A DNA stretch of 64,000 nucleotides from Octopus sinensis (lineage: Eukaryota): assembly GCF_006345805.1 (NCBI RefSeq), contig NC_043006.1, positions 42,656,001 through 42,720,000 on the forward strand. Reading direction: 5' to 3'. The translations under genes were made by a program, and so were the position numbers. Shown piece after piece: positions 13,126 through 26,249 of the stretch; within the stretch, counting starts at the first letter, position 1; every line of letters starts with the position of its first letter. Under the pieces are notes generated by a model. That model made no database searches. It was not told the origin of the DNA and saw nothing but the letters and a program-made list of their open reading frames with translations.

Positions 13126-13168
13126 ATCTTTCTCTGTTGAAGAGCGTAGGCTCGAAACGTTAAAGACT
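13126..13168 (+). ncRNA. Minimal hammerhead-like motif (A6U variant) in PLE pLTR
   Basis: CTGTTGA-A-GAGC[GTAG]GCTC-GAAAC-GTT; palindromic ACGT stem III; stem I (TCTTT/AAAGA) offset by 2 nt. Confidence 0.6.
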
Positions 13169-13310
13169 TGTTTTATTTATATTTCCTGAGCGCCATACTA
13201 ATACAATTGTTCGTTTGTTTTCCACCTGCCTTCGTCTTTTGTTTATTTTCATAAAGCTTCCCGTTATATATATATATATATTATATATATACATATGCTA
13301 TATATATATA

Positions 13311-13980
13311 TATGACAGGAGACCAAGACTTCTGGAGATATACTGTGATTGAGAAGACCCAGCAACTAAAGTGTGACTGCAACCATAGCTGATGCCAGTG
13401 TTGCATGTCTGGCCCATTTAAAAGTACCTTTGATGCATTGGGTGATATGATATGCTTGAGAAGACTTGTTGAATCAAGTAAAACCAAAATCTTGGCTGTG
13501 GCCAGTGCCTCCTGACTTGCTCCCATACCGGTGGCACATAAAATGCACCATCTGAACATGGTCGATGCCAGTGCCCCCAACTGGCTCACATGCTGGAGGT
13601 ATGTAAAAAGCACCATCCGAATGTGGTCTGTGCCAGATCAACCCGACTAGCTCCCATGCTGGTGGCACGTAAAATTCACCATCTGAACATGGTTGATGCC
13701 AGGTTTGCCTGACTGGCTGCCGTGTCAGTGGCATGTAAAAAGCACTATCCAAATGTGATCGATGCCAGGGCCACCTGAGTGGTTCCTGTGCTGGAGGCAT
13801 GTTAAAAACACTCACTAGACACTCAGAGTGGTTGGTGTTAGGAAAGGCATCCAGCTGTAGAAACATTATCAGATCAGATTGGTGCCTGATGCAGCCGCTG
13901 ACTTCCCAGACCCCAGTCAAACCATCCAACCCATGCCAACATGGAAAACAGACGTTAAACGATGATGATGATGATGATAT
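13311..13980 (+). mobile_element. RTE LINE 3' end with expanded 3' UTR subrepeats
   Basis: DQDFWRYTVIEKTQ homologous to DRDLWRYAVTAKTR at about 60950; repeated gcacRtaaaa(a)gcacc units; (GAT)n tail. Confidence 0.85.
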
Positions 13981-14000
13981 AATGTATGTGTGTGTGTGCA

Positions 14001-14059
<59 letters not shown>

Positions 14060-14200
14060 ATATATGATGTGCTTCCATGCAGTTTCCACGTATCAAACTC
14101 ACTCAGAAGGCATTGGTCAACCTGGGGTTAAAACAGAAGATATTTCCCCAAGGTGCCGTGCTATAAAACTCACCTCAAGACCAAGCTAATTCCTTAACCA
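14060..14200 (-). mobile_element. Degenerate SINE A 5' half
   Basis: cagtttcc...actcagaaggcattgg...cccaaggtgccgtg. Confidence 0.55.
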
Positions 14201-14252
14201 CACAGAAAACAGATTTTGGTTTTTAATTACTATTATTATTATTATTATTATT

Positions 14253-14597
14253 CAGTAGTTTTATTTTTATAGCGTGCTTTCACTTCACTACCGAGCGCAG
14301 CTCTGTGTGCCTTAGGTATGTGCTGTGATTTGTTGTGATGCTCTGATGGTTATTGTATGGAAAGTGTTCTGCGTAGGATGTGTGCAGTGCCTAGTAGTGC
14401 AATTTTCTGTATGTTATATGTGTTTGTAAGTCCTGGTGTTTTTGTTATGTATTTGTCTGAATATTTTTTTATCATGCCTAATGCACCTACTATGATAGGA
14501 ATTGTTTCTGTTTTTAGATTCCACATTCTGGTTACCTCTATTTCCAGGTCTTTGTATTTTGAAAGTTTCTCCATTTCTTTCAGAGACACGTTGTCAT
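14253..14597 (-). mobile_element. R4/Dong-like (RLE) LINE 3' fragment in an (AAT)n tract
   Basis: EKLSKYKDLEIEVTRMWNLKTETIPIIVGALG...IQKIALLGTAHILRRTL (RLE C-terminus), 3' UTR, (AAT)n on both sides. Confidence 0.85.
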
Positions 14598-14601
14598 CCT
14601 C

Positions 14602-14664
<63 letters not shown>

Positions 14665-16274
14665 GTTATTATTATCACTACTATGGCATATAAAATTGAG
14701 TCTTTAAGAATTTCTTGTGCCACATTCCTTGCAATTACACATGCAGACTCCCCATCTAAGTCATCCACAAACTGTAATTGGTTTTTGAAAAGCAAAAAAA
14801 AAAAAAATCACAAATTAGCTTTCACTCTTTTTTTTTGTGAAAATAAAGACGTTGTATGTGAATGTCCTCAACCATACCAGACCCAAACAGAACAGATTTA
14901 GGAACCTAAAATTCTTTGAGCTACATACATAGTTTTCCTGTAGAAATTTATATTGAGAGACTATTTTTCTGAAATCCAAATAAATTTTATAATGTATGTT
15001 TTTATAGCTTATGTACCGAAATATCTTACAATGAATATAATGTTTACAATGCTTTATTGCTATTTGTCTATCGCTAAAATTTTATTTCCCGATCGAGTCT
15101 CCAGGGATATATATTTTTGCACTGGAAAGTTTGTATGGTTGACAGAATTTGAAATCCTTTGACAATAACGATTAAAGAAAACGATCCATTTGATTATAGA
15201 AAATTTTTTGAAAAAAATTGACTCGATATTGGTATTAGGAGATAAAATGTAAATTAAATGAAAATGTAGAAAAAATAAATGGAAAAAGAATTTAGGATTA
15301 TTCGCCAAATTGGAAGCGATTCCTAAGATAATAAAGGAAACAAACATAATAATTTATTGCCTGTAGAATGGGGCATCACTTGTCTCTGGCTGCAGTGCTT
15401 TTGGATGTCAATAAATACCAGTAAAAAATGGTAGTGGTGGTTGTGGTGGTGGGAATTGTATAGTCTTTATTCAACTCCTTTACAAAATTACCTTTGTCAT
15501 TAAGAAAATACATCAATGATTTGTGAAATGGGATAAAGTTTAATAGCCCTTATATATTTCAGACACATGAAAGAGAGTCTATACAATACTGGCTGTGTTG
15601 ATCAGTTGATCAGCATACTTGTGGACACATATCAATATGGCTAATATTGTAGAGAATATTATTTCTTGACTATTTATTTCTGATGATGGGGATTTGTGCC
15701 TGAGTTGTCTGCTGTATTTTCCAGCATAGAAGTCGAATTTTTCAGATCAAAATTTACAGTCAAAATAAACAGGTCAACTTATACATCAAGATAACTTTTG
15801 AGGACCAAAAACTCCATATGAAATGTGGAAGGATGTGAAAAGATAGTGATGGTGTTTGAATGTTTACACCTCAGATCAACCATTACTGCACATAGCAGAA
15901 ATTTTAGCTACCTGTTAATTCACTTCATATTTACTTGGTGTCCATATAAAGTGTGAAAAATAATCACTGAACGTAGACTCAAACATTGATTGTTTGACTG
16001 ATAATTCTACCACAACTTAAATACTTTGTCAATTTGTATACTGGAAAATACAATAAAAGTTATTAAACATTTCCCTTTTCACCTTGTATGAAGCTCTCTG
16101 TCTTCAATATTTTGTAATTTTACTTCTTTATCACAATGTTTCTAGCAAGCTACGACACTCTTCTATCACTGTTGCAATGAATTTTACTCACTGTACAAAG
16201 AAAATATTTGATCAGATTTGATTCTGTATCAATTCAATTCTCCATTTGGAATTGGTAAAATGAATGCTGTGGAC

Positions 16275-16496
16275 GCAGGTGGCTTTGTGGTTAGGGTGTC
16301 AGCATCATTACTCTTTTACTCTTTTACTTGTTTCAGTCATTTGACAGTGGCCATGATGGAGCAAATTGACCACAGGACTTATTCTTTGGAAGCCTAGTAC
16401 TTATTCTATCTGTCTCATTTTACCAAACTGCTAAGTTACGGGGACGTAAACACACCACCAGCAGTTGTCAAGCGATGTTGGGGGGGACAAACATAA

Positions 16497-16547
<51 letters not shown>

Positions 16548-16915
16548 CATATATACGACGGGCTTCTTTCAGTTTCCGTCTACTAAATCAACTCACAAGG
16601 CTTTGGTCGGCCCAAGGCTATAGTAGAAGAAACTTGCCCAAGGTGCCACACAGTGGGAATGAACCTGGAACCATGTGGCTGGTAAGCAAGCGACTTACCA
16701 CCCAGCCACTCCTGCGCCAATGATCTTAAGATTGTGGTTTCGATTCCTGGATTGGGCGACACACTGTGTTCTTGAGCAAAACACTTCAATTTACATTGCT
16801 CCAGTCCACTCAGCTGGCAACAATGAGTAACACTGTGATGGACTGGCATCCAGCTAGGGAACACATACGTCATTGAAACCGGGAAACTGGGCCCATGAGC
16901 CTGGCTAGGTTTTAA
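16275..16915 (+). mobile_element. tRNA-derived SINE family C split by SINE A
   Basis: A box at 16278-16295; B box and body (gtgttcttgagcaaaacac...gatggactggcatcc...gaaaccgggaaactgggccc) resume at about 16721. Confidence 0.65.
16305..16720 (-). mobile_element. Full-length SINE A nested in a SINE C
   Basis: Complete reverse-complement match to 6790-7212. Confidence 0.9.
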
Positions 16916-16929
16916 AAAGGGTGCATTTG

Positions 16930-17230
16930 TGGAGGTGCAATTGACCAGTGGTTAGGGCAGCGGACTCACAGTTGGAGGATCATGGTTTCAATTCCCAGAC
17001 CAGTGGTTGTGTGTGTTTATTGAGCAAAAACACCTAAAGCTCCACGAGGCTTTGGTAGGGGGTGGTGGTGACCCCTGTTGTACTCTTTTGCCCCAACTTT
17101 CTCTCACTCTTTCTTCCTGTTTCTTGAGTAATGCTGCGATGGACTGGTGTCCCGTCAAGCTGGAGGCAGGGAACACATATGCCATAGAAACCGGGAAACT
17201 GGGCCCATAAGCCTGGCTAGGCTTGAAAAT
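16930..17230 (+). mobile_element. SINE family C variant
   Basis: A/B boxes, gcgatggactggtgtcccgtc domain, same tail as the 16721-16915 copy. Confidence 0.75.
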
Positions 17231-17599
17231 GCTAACAAAATTCTGAGGTTGCTTCTGTATAACCCTAGATTTGCTCTAATTGAGTTGACCTACAGTCATA
17301 GACATTCCATCCATAATCATCCACATTTGATTTTTTGGACATATTGTATCCAGGATTATGTTATCTTATGAGTTCTCATATTTTTTTGAAAAAGACAGTC
17401 AGGAGTTATTTAAGGAAGATTTGTTTTTCTATTTCTAGCATGTTGTGTGACTATGTAAAGATCCTTTCTCCATATTTGGAATGTAAAGAACAAAAACAAT
17501 GCCACATTTTGAACTTGAGAAAATTGAGGAAATTCTTGCAGATGTTTATTGTTCCACTTACAAACTGTATTTGCAGTATGTATGTTAGCTATTCTTTTC

Positions 17600-18036
17600 T
17601 TTTATTTGTTTCAACCATTTGGCTGCAGCCATGCTGGAGCACTGCCTTCAGTCAAGCAAATTGACCCCAGGACTTATGCTTTGTAAGCCTAGTATTTATT
17701 CTATCAATCCCTTTTGATGAACTGCTGTTGATGAACGCACCAACAACAGTTGTCAAGTGATGATGGGGACAAACACAGACACAAATACATACATACATAC
17801 ATACATACATACATACATACATACATACGATGGGCTTCCCAACCACATGGTTCCATGTTCAGTCCCACAGTGTGGCACCTTGGGCAACTGTCTTCTACTG
17901 TAGCTTCAGGCAACCAAATCCTTGTCAGTGGATCTGGTAGATAGTAACTGATAAAAGCCCATCGTATGTATGTATGTATGTATGTATGTATGTATGTATG
18001 TATGTATGTATGTATGTATGTATGTATGTATGTATG
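17600..18036. mobile_element. Internally inverted SINE A
   Basis: 3' half on minus, then 5' head on plus, bracketed by (TACA)n-cgatgggctt and aagcccatcg-(TATG)n. Confidence 0.7.
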
Positions 18037-18059
18037 TGCAGATTTGTATGTTTTATGTA

Positions 18060-18505
18060 TTTATGTCATTATTCACTTTGTTTCAAGATTTCTTGCCAAT
18101 AGAGAAAGAACCAGTTTCTAACCTAGAGCCAAGGCTCCTTCATCGGAATTCTATCATCAACAACAGGGTATTTTTCTTTGTTTGTTTGTTTGTTTGTATG
18201 TATGTATGTATTCTCATATATACATACATATAGTTACACATCTAGACATACATATAGTTACATATCTAGACATGCTCATAATTATTTAAATGATAAACTT
18301 CTGGAAAGTTTTACAGATTTTTACAGTTCCAGTGATGGATTGGATCCTTAGTCTTCAAATTAGCTTTCTCCTTCCTGGTTTCGAGAAGCATAATTTCTCA
18401 AGATCAGTATTTAGGCGGCATATTACATATCCCAGGGCCCCAATAACAGGTATAAGCCTGAACTTGTAATCTGGATAGAGTAACTGCAGATTTCTCAATT
18501 TGTAT
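18060..18505 (-). mobile_element. RLE-type (R4/Dong-like) LINE 3' fragment in a (CATA)n tract
   Basis: KLRNLQLLYPDYKFRLIPVIGALGYV...QSITGTVKICKTFQKFII; flanked by (TATG)n on both sides. Confidence 0.75.
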
Positions 18506-18929
18506 GTAATGTATGTATGTATGTACGTACACTTTGGTCTCTTATATGTATGTATGTAGTATCTATGTATGTATGCATGCATTGGTATATGTATGCATGG
18601 AGATATTATTATGTATGCATGACTATACGTATGTATAAAGAACAAGCAGGAGAAAGTGGAAGAGGAGGGGCTAATTCATATAAGCATTGACTCATATAGG
18701 TCTATACATGTTTACATCTGAGTATGTGTGCGTGTGTGTGTATGTGTGTTTATAGGGTAGAACAGAGGAGGAGAAAGAGAAGGTGTAAGTTATCTAGACA
18801 CAAGCATATATAGCTATACACACTCATCTATGAGTGCGTACAGAGTGTATGGGTGCTGTGTTTAAGGACGGGATAGCCATAAAACTAAGTAGTTACGTAT
18901 TTTAGAGTGTCAAAACATGGGTATATACA

Positions 18930-19075
18930 GAGTTTGTGTGTGTGTGTGTATGTGTGTGTGTGTGTGTGTGCGTGCTGTGTGTAGATTTATGCGCATATGT
19001 GTATATGTGTGTTAAGCCACACGTACACTGAAAAATCTCAAAACAAACCTATATATACATACATACATACGTATG

Positions 19076-19118
<43 letters not shown>

Positions 19119-19336
19119 GTATATATATATACATACATACATACATTCATGTATGTATGTGTATATATATATATATATATATGTGTATAAATATATGTAT
19201 ACATATATATATGTATATATATATATATGTATATACATACAGATATATATGTATAATATCTATAGGTATGTGCATATATATGTATATATATATATATATA
19301 TATGCACATACATACACACACAGACACAGACACATA

Positions 19337-19395
<59 letters not shown>

Positions 19396-20026
19396 GTATG
19401 TATATATATATATATATGTTTATTCATGTATGAGTGAACAAAATATCTAGGAGAGTTTTCGAACGGAATGTAAACTTGCATTACCGAGAGTCAAACAACA
19501 TTTATTAATTAAATATATAACACCAATAACACTGCAACCGCAAACCCGCCCCCCCCACCATCGTTCTCTCCCCACCACCACCACCACTACGATGACTGCC
19601 GTCACTGCCACCACCATCACAGCCGCCACCATCGCCACCACCACCGCCACCATCACTATCGCTGCCGTCACCATCACCACCACTCTCACCAAAAACAACA
19701 ACTTCCATTATTACTGCAACACCCACTCCTGATCGCAGCTTTATCATAAAAATACCACCGGAGGCACTACCATCGACACCCACAACCACTAAACAACTAC
19801 AACCGCAACAACAATAACAACAACAACAACAACAACAACAACAACCACCACCACCACAACAACAACTACCACCACCAGTACTACCAAAAGAAACTACCCA
19901 CTCATCTGCACCGTCCCCCCACCATCCAATAACAACAGCAACAACAACGACCACAATAACAATAATAAAAATAATTAATACTAATAATATAATAATATAA
20001 TAATAATAATAATAATAGTAATAATA

Positions 20027-20080
<54 letters not shown>

Positions 20081-20088
20081 TAATAATA

Positions 20089-20184
<96 letters not shown>

Positions 20185-20504
20185 CATAATAATAATAATG
20201 ATGATAAATAACAACAATAATATAAAAATAACAACAAGAACAACAAAAATAATAATTGCAATAATAATAATAGTGATAACAATAATAATAAGAGCCTTTT
20301 TCTCTGCTCGATTGAGCGTGACGGGTGTATTTCACAGTGTGTGACATCATCTGAAGTTTTCGATAGAATACAATCTGTTCAAAATTCAACATTTGAACTT
20401 TCACTTTAATTGATTTAAAATAAATAAACAAACACATAGACATAGACAAAGATAGAGATATAGAACGTAAATGTAATATACACACACACCTATGTGTATA
20501 TGCA

Positions 20505-20572
<68 letters not shown>

Positions 20573-20797
20573 GTAAACACAAACACACACATGTATATGT
20601 ATACATATATATATAATACTAACAGGAAAGGCACACATACATATGTACATACATACACACACAAATATATATGTACACATATATATATATATATATATAT
20701 TCATATTTGTATGTGCATATATATGTGTGTGTATACATATACATATGTGTATGTATATTCAGAGAGAGAAAGAAGTATATACACAGAAAACACATGG

Positions 20798-20883
<86 letters not shown>

Positions 20884-21026
20884 TATACATAGATTATATA
20901 AATATATAATATATACATATACATACATATATAAATATATAAATATTATATATATACAAATATATATATATATATATATATATACAAGAACACACACACA
21001 TATATATACACATATACATACATATT

Positions 21027-21057
<31 letters not shown>

Positions 21058-21946
21058 ATATATCCAAGAACACATACATATATGTGGATATATGTATATG
21101 TGTGTGTATATATATATATATACGCACATACATACACATACACATATATATGGAGATATATGAATTATATATGTGTGTGTATTGTGTGTATGCATATACA
21201 CATATATGTATATATGGCGTCTATATGTGTATATATGTATATTGTGTGTGCATTTATATATGTGCGTCAATGTACATGTATAGCAGTGTATACAGATGTG
21301 AATATGCTTGTGTATACATGTGAGTGTCTATGCATACATGTATGTATATGTGTAAGTGCGTAAAACATCATTTAGCATTCTCTCAAATACAAGTCTAACA
21401 CACACATCCATATGTATAAGTTGTCATATTCATATAAACACCATATAAATTAAATATATCTTTACATACTCACACACATACACTTAAATATATACACTCA
21501 CACACACACACATATATGTATGTATGTATCAACATAAATGCATGAACACGCATATACATATACACATATACTAAGATATACATACACACACACACACACC
21601 ATCCACCTATATATGCATAAGTTTGTTAACGTGTGTGTATACATGTATCTACCTTAATACATGGTATACTTGTATACTTTTATGTATGTATGTATGTATT
21701 TACGTATGTGATGTTGCTTACTTTTTTATGCGTATGTATGGTTGTCTATGAATAAGCAGTTATAAGTATGAAACTGTGTGTCAATACTTAGAAAAGTATG
21801 TATGACAAAGTGCTTAAGTATATATGGGTGTATATGTGTATATATTATAAACACATATATATGTGTATATACGTATATATATCTATATGTCTATATAAAT
21901 ATATATGTGTATATATATATGTATGTTTTATTATTATTGTTTTACT

Positions 21947-21978
<32 letters not shown>

Positions 21979-22036
21979 CTTACATACATGCATACATACA
22001 TACATACATACATACATACATACATACATACATACA

Positions 22037-22072
<36 letters not shown>

Positions 22073-22210
22073 TATACACATACACAAGCATACATACATG
22101 TGCACTGCATATGTACATACATAAATGCACATAAACAAGATATGAAGATATGTGTAAAATACATGCACACACCACACACACACACACTCACACACACACA
22201 CATTCACACA
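18930..22210. repeat. ~3.3-kb low-complexity block: (TG)/(TA)/(CATA), (CAC)/(AAC)/(AAT) tracts
   Basis: Directly visible; source of many spurious ORFs. Confidence 0.95.
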
Positions 22211-22758
22211 TTATATTATCAATTGGCCCAGCAATTATGAGGATTGGTTGAATCAATAGTGCCATAGACAAAGCACTTTGTGACATTAAATTACCGTTCT
22301 TTACATTCTGGCTTCAAATCCTGCCAACATTGACTTTACTTTTTCCATTTTCTTTTTTTGCAGGGTAAAAAGAATATTATACCAGTTAAATAGTGAGGTT
22401 AAATTGATTCCCTATACCCTTTCCAGCAAATTTGAGGCATTGTGCTTGTTTTGGAAATCAATGATTAATGCTGGTTTAGTCAAAGAACAATTTCAGAACA
22501 TCTAGAGGTCACAGGTTCAAATTCATTTGTGAATTGTGATTTTTTTTATTTCTTTGGAGAACAAAAACAAAAAGAAAAGAAATACATAAACACGGCTGTG
22601 TGGTTAAGAAGTTTGCTTTGCAACCATATAGTTTTGGGGTTCAATTCCACTCAGGATCACTCTGTCTTGGACAAATGGATTTTGCTCTGCCTCAGGTTGA
22701 CCAATGATGTCTTGTGAATGAGCTTGGTAGATAGAAGCAATGTGGAAACCATTGTGTC

Positions 22759-22798
<40 letters not shown>

Positions 22799-23574
22799 AC
22801 TTTCTATCTATACATGCATACATACATATATATATATGTGTGTGTGTGTACAATGTATATATATATATAATGATATAATGTGTTAAATATTTAAGTGAGT
22901 CTATCCCATAGTGTTAGACTGTTAAACGTAGTGGGTATTTAAGCAATGTACTCATGGTTAGTTAATGAGTTGGATGTGGTACTGAAGAAAGCTCAATAAC
23001 TCCAGAAATATGCATATACACCCATTTATTAATTCTCTGTCTTCAGTCACATTGTTTACACAGATGTATTCACATATAAACTGTCATAACCATCAGTGCT
23101 GGCTCTAAATTAAATAGAGAATCTTTAGATATATATATCTATACATATCTCAGGGCTTGAGTAGAAGAACCTGAATCCACATGCATGCAAGTGGAGCTAC
23201 TTAAACACAGCCAGGCCTGAGCCTATGCTTGTATACTATTAATATCCTTGACAAAACTACAGTTCTCATTTTACCCTACTTTTGAAAATAATTTTAATAT
23301 TCATAACCATCTGGAGAAGGGCACAGTTATACACAGAGCTATCCCCCCATGTACCTACGTATTAACATATCCCCCATATCAACCTACATATAGAAAGAGT
23401 ATGCTGCTTTGCAGAACAACACCCACATGTATACATCATCGTTGTCATTATCATAATCTTCATTACCCCCATCATCATTACCATCATCACTGCCATTGCC
23501 ACTATCACCACCACTACCACCACCATCACTACCGCCACCACCACCACCACTACCACCTCCACCACCACCATTAC

Positions 23575-24177
23575 CTCTTCCAAAAGGACTCATGTTTTAT
23601 CAGGAGAATGTTCCAGCGCACAACTCCTTGGTTTCAATAGCTGTTGTACATGACAGTGGCTTGAACTCTTGCCATTCTGATTTGGCCCCATCTGACTATC
23701 CCCAAACATGAAAAAAACACTTTGCTGGAAACCAGTATCAAAATGATGATGACATCATTGCTAATGAGGACTTTTTTGGCCAACAGGATGAAAGCTTCTT
23801 CACCAATGGTATCCAAGCACTGCAAGACCGATGGAAGAAGCGTGGTGGATAGCAAGGGCGGCGAGCTGGCAGAAACGTTAGCACGCCGGGCGAAATGCGT
23901 AGCCGTATTTCGTCTGCCGTTACGTTCTGAGTTCAAATTCCGCCGAGGTCGACTTTGCCTTTCATCCTTCGATTAAATAAGTACCAGTTACGCACTGGGG
24001 TCGATATAATCGACTTAATCCGTTTGTCTGTCCTTGTTTGTCCTCTCTGTGTTTAGCCCCTTGTGGGTAGTAAAGAAATAGGATAGCAAGGGCGACAATG
24101 CTAAAATATAAACCTCATTTGGTCACACTTCATGAATGTATCTTGAATCAGCCTATGAACTTTTCGGCTCACCTTCA
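23575..24177 (+). mobile_element. Mariner transposase C-terminal fragment with right TIR, split by SINE B
   Basis: GLMFYQENVPAH...SDLAPSDY...PNMKKHFAG...NGIQALQDRWKKR; TIR-like aacttttcggctcaccttca followed by TA. Confidence 0.88.
23857..24080 (+). mobile_element. tRNA-derived SINE family B (CORE-like central domain)
   Basis: A box, B box gagttcaaattcc, gcctttcatcctt..gat..aagtacc domain; direct repeat GGATAGCAAGGGCG at 23847-23860 and 24081-24094. Confidence 0.9.
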
Positions 24178-24302
24178 TATACTTATATACTTATAGGAAG
24201 CTATAAGATATCACACAAGCCTTCAGCTCTGAGTGCACTGCTTTTCATATCAGAAACAACTGTCAGCTAATGAAGTTGATTTCATAATACCAGTTCCCTT
24301 GT

Positions 24303-24749
24303 CCATTATTTACATTATTTACATTTGACGGATATTTGTCCTCATCTTGTTTGTTGTTAACACGTTTCAGCTGATATACTCTCCAGCATCCATCAGGTGT
24401 GTGGGGGAAATTTCGAACCTGGGTTCTCATTTCTAAGGTATTTTTCGGTGTTATTATAATATTCCCACTGGCATATGACATAGTGGTTAAGAGCATGGGC
24501 TACTAACCCCAAGATTCTGAGGTCAATTCCATGCAGTGACTTGAATAATAATAATAATAATAATAGTAATAATAACATTGAAAAATACCTCAGAAATGAG
24601 AACTCAAGTTCGAAATTTCCCCAAGACACCTGACGAAGGCTAGAGGGTATGTCAGCCAAAACATTGTGTTAACAACAAACAAGATGAGGACAAATATCTG
24701 TCAAATGTAAATAATGTAAATAATTCCTCATCTCTTAAATATAGAACTG
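24303..24749 (+). mobile_element. Composite mini-element: inverted pLTR + tRNA-like head + (AAT)n + pLTR with tail
   Basis: Arms 24303-24457 (-) and 24570-24749 (+); 12-bp TSD CAGTTCCCTTGT at 24291-24302 and 24750-24761; degenerate hammerheads in both arms. Confidence 0.8.
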
Positions 24750-25524
24750 CAGTTCCCTTGTTATTCACTAATTAATATTATCTGGCACATGCAGGCATCA
24801 TGTGAAGTGATATCAGTATTACTGTATATATATACAAGTGTGATGAATGGATGGTAACAAGATTCCTCTTGCAACAACAAAACTGTTCATTATTTTAAAC
24901 AAGTGTAATATAAACATAACAGAAATTGATATTTTAATATAAATTCAATCAAGGCAATAATTATCCTAATTTATAATTCCATGTAGACTATCTTGTAAAT
25001 TATTGCTGGTTCATACAAAATGAAATTAATCTCTTACTTGTTAACTATCTCAATCAGTTAGTTGAGGCTATGCTGGAGCACAACCATCAAGGCAAAGTTG
25101 ATCCTGGGACACAAAGTAGTTAGGATTTTTTTCCTTTTTTTTGTGTGTGTGTGTGCATGGAAGTGGGAGAAGGCTCACTTTGCAACCATATCTTTTTGGG
25201 ATCCGTCCCACCGCTTGGCATCTTGGGCAAGTATCTTTAACTGAAGTTTCAGTCTGACCAATGTCTTGTAATTGAATTTGGTAGAAAGGGACAGTGTGGA
25301 AGCCCATTGAATGTGTGCGTGTGTGTGTGTTTGTGTGTGTGTCCATGTATCTGTGTTTGTTCCCTGTCATTGCTTGACAATGGTGTTGGTTTCTACCCAA
25401 CCCTGTAACTTAGCAATTGGCAAGAAAAAAAAAGGCCGACAGGATAAATACCAGACATAAAAGATAAGTAGTAGGATTGACCATCATCATTGTCATCATC
25501 ATTATTGTCATCATCATCATTGTT

Positions 25525-25693
25525 CAGTTCTATATTTAAGAGATGAAGAATTATGTACATTATTTACATTTGACGGATATTTGTCCTCATCTTGTTTGTT
25601 GTTAACACGTTTTGGCTGATATATCCTCCAGCCTTCAACAGGTGTCTTGGGGAAATTTCAAACTTGGGTTCTCATTCCTAAGGTATTTTTCGA

Positions 25694-25757
<64 letters not shown>

Positions 25758-26168
25758 GTTATTGTTATTATTATCATTATTGTGAAGGCGCATGGCTCAG
25801 TGGTTAGAGTGTCAAGCTTACGACCATGAGGTTGTGAGTTCAAATCCCAGACTGGGCTGCATGTTGTGTTCTTGAGCAAGACACTTTATTTCACGTTGCT
25901 CCAGTTCACTCAGCTGGAGAAATGCGTTGCAACGTTACACGTGCCAAGCTGTACCGGCCCCTTTGCCTTTCCCTTGGATAACACTAGTGGCATAGAGCGG
26001 GAAGGTCAGTATGCATGGGCGACTGCTGGTCTTCCATAAACAACCTTGCCCGGACTTGTGCCTGGGCGGGCAACTTTCTAGGTGCAATCCCACAGTCAGT
26101 CATGACCGAAGGGGGTCTCAGCATTATTATTATTGTTGTTGTTGTTGTTGTTGTTATTGTTATTGTTA

Positions 26169-26249
<81 letters not shown>

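Larger units (their letters stand above)
10245..13265 (+). mobile_element. Penelope-like element (Neptune-type), 5'-truncated, with C/T-rich 3' UTR and terminal pLTR, inserted in (TA)n
   Basis: RT + GIY-YIG ORF; 3' pLTR homologous to solo copies at 61968-62820; (TA)n on both flanks. Confidence 0.95.

Noticed and set aside
18100-18150. Minus-strand CCGATGA-A-GGAGC/GCTCT...GAAAC hammerhead-like motif
   Set aside because: Six extra nucleotides between stem II and GAAA break the core geometry
18930-22210. Many long ORFs (up to 399 aa) rich in Y/I/C/V/M/H/T
   Set aside because: Translations of di-, tri- and tetranucleotide microsatellites
24466-24543. tRNA gene
   Set aside because: Only A/B boxes and a partial anticodon arm; no acceptor stem, so treated as a SINE-type head (same for all SINE heads)
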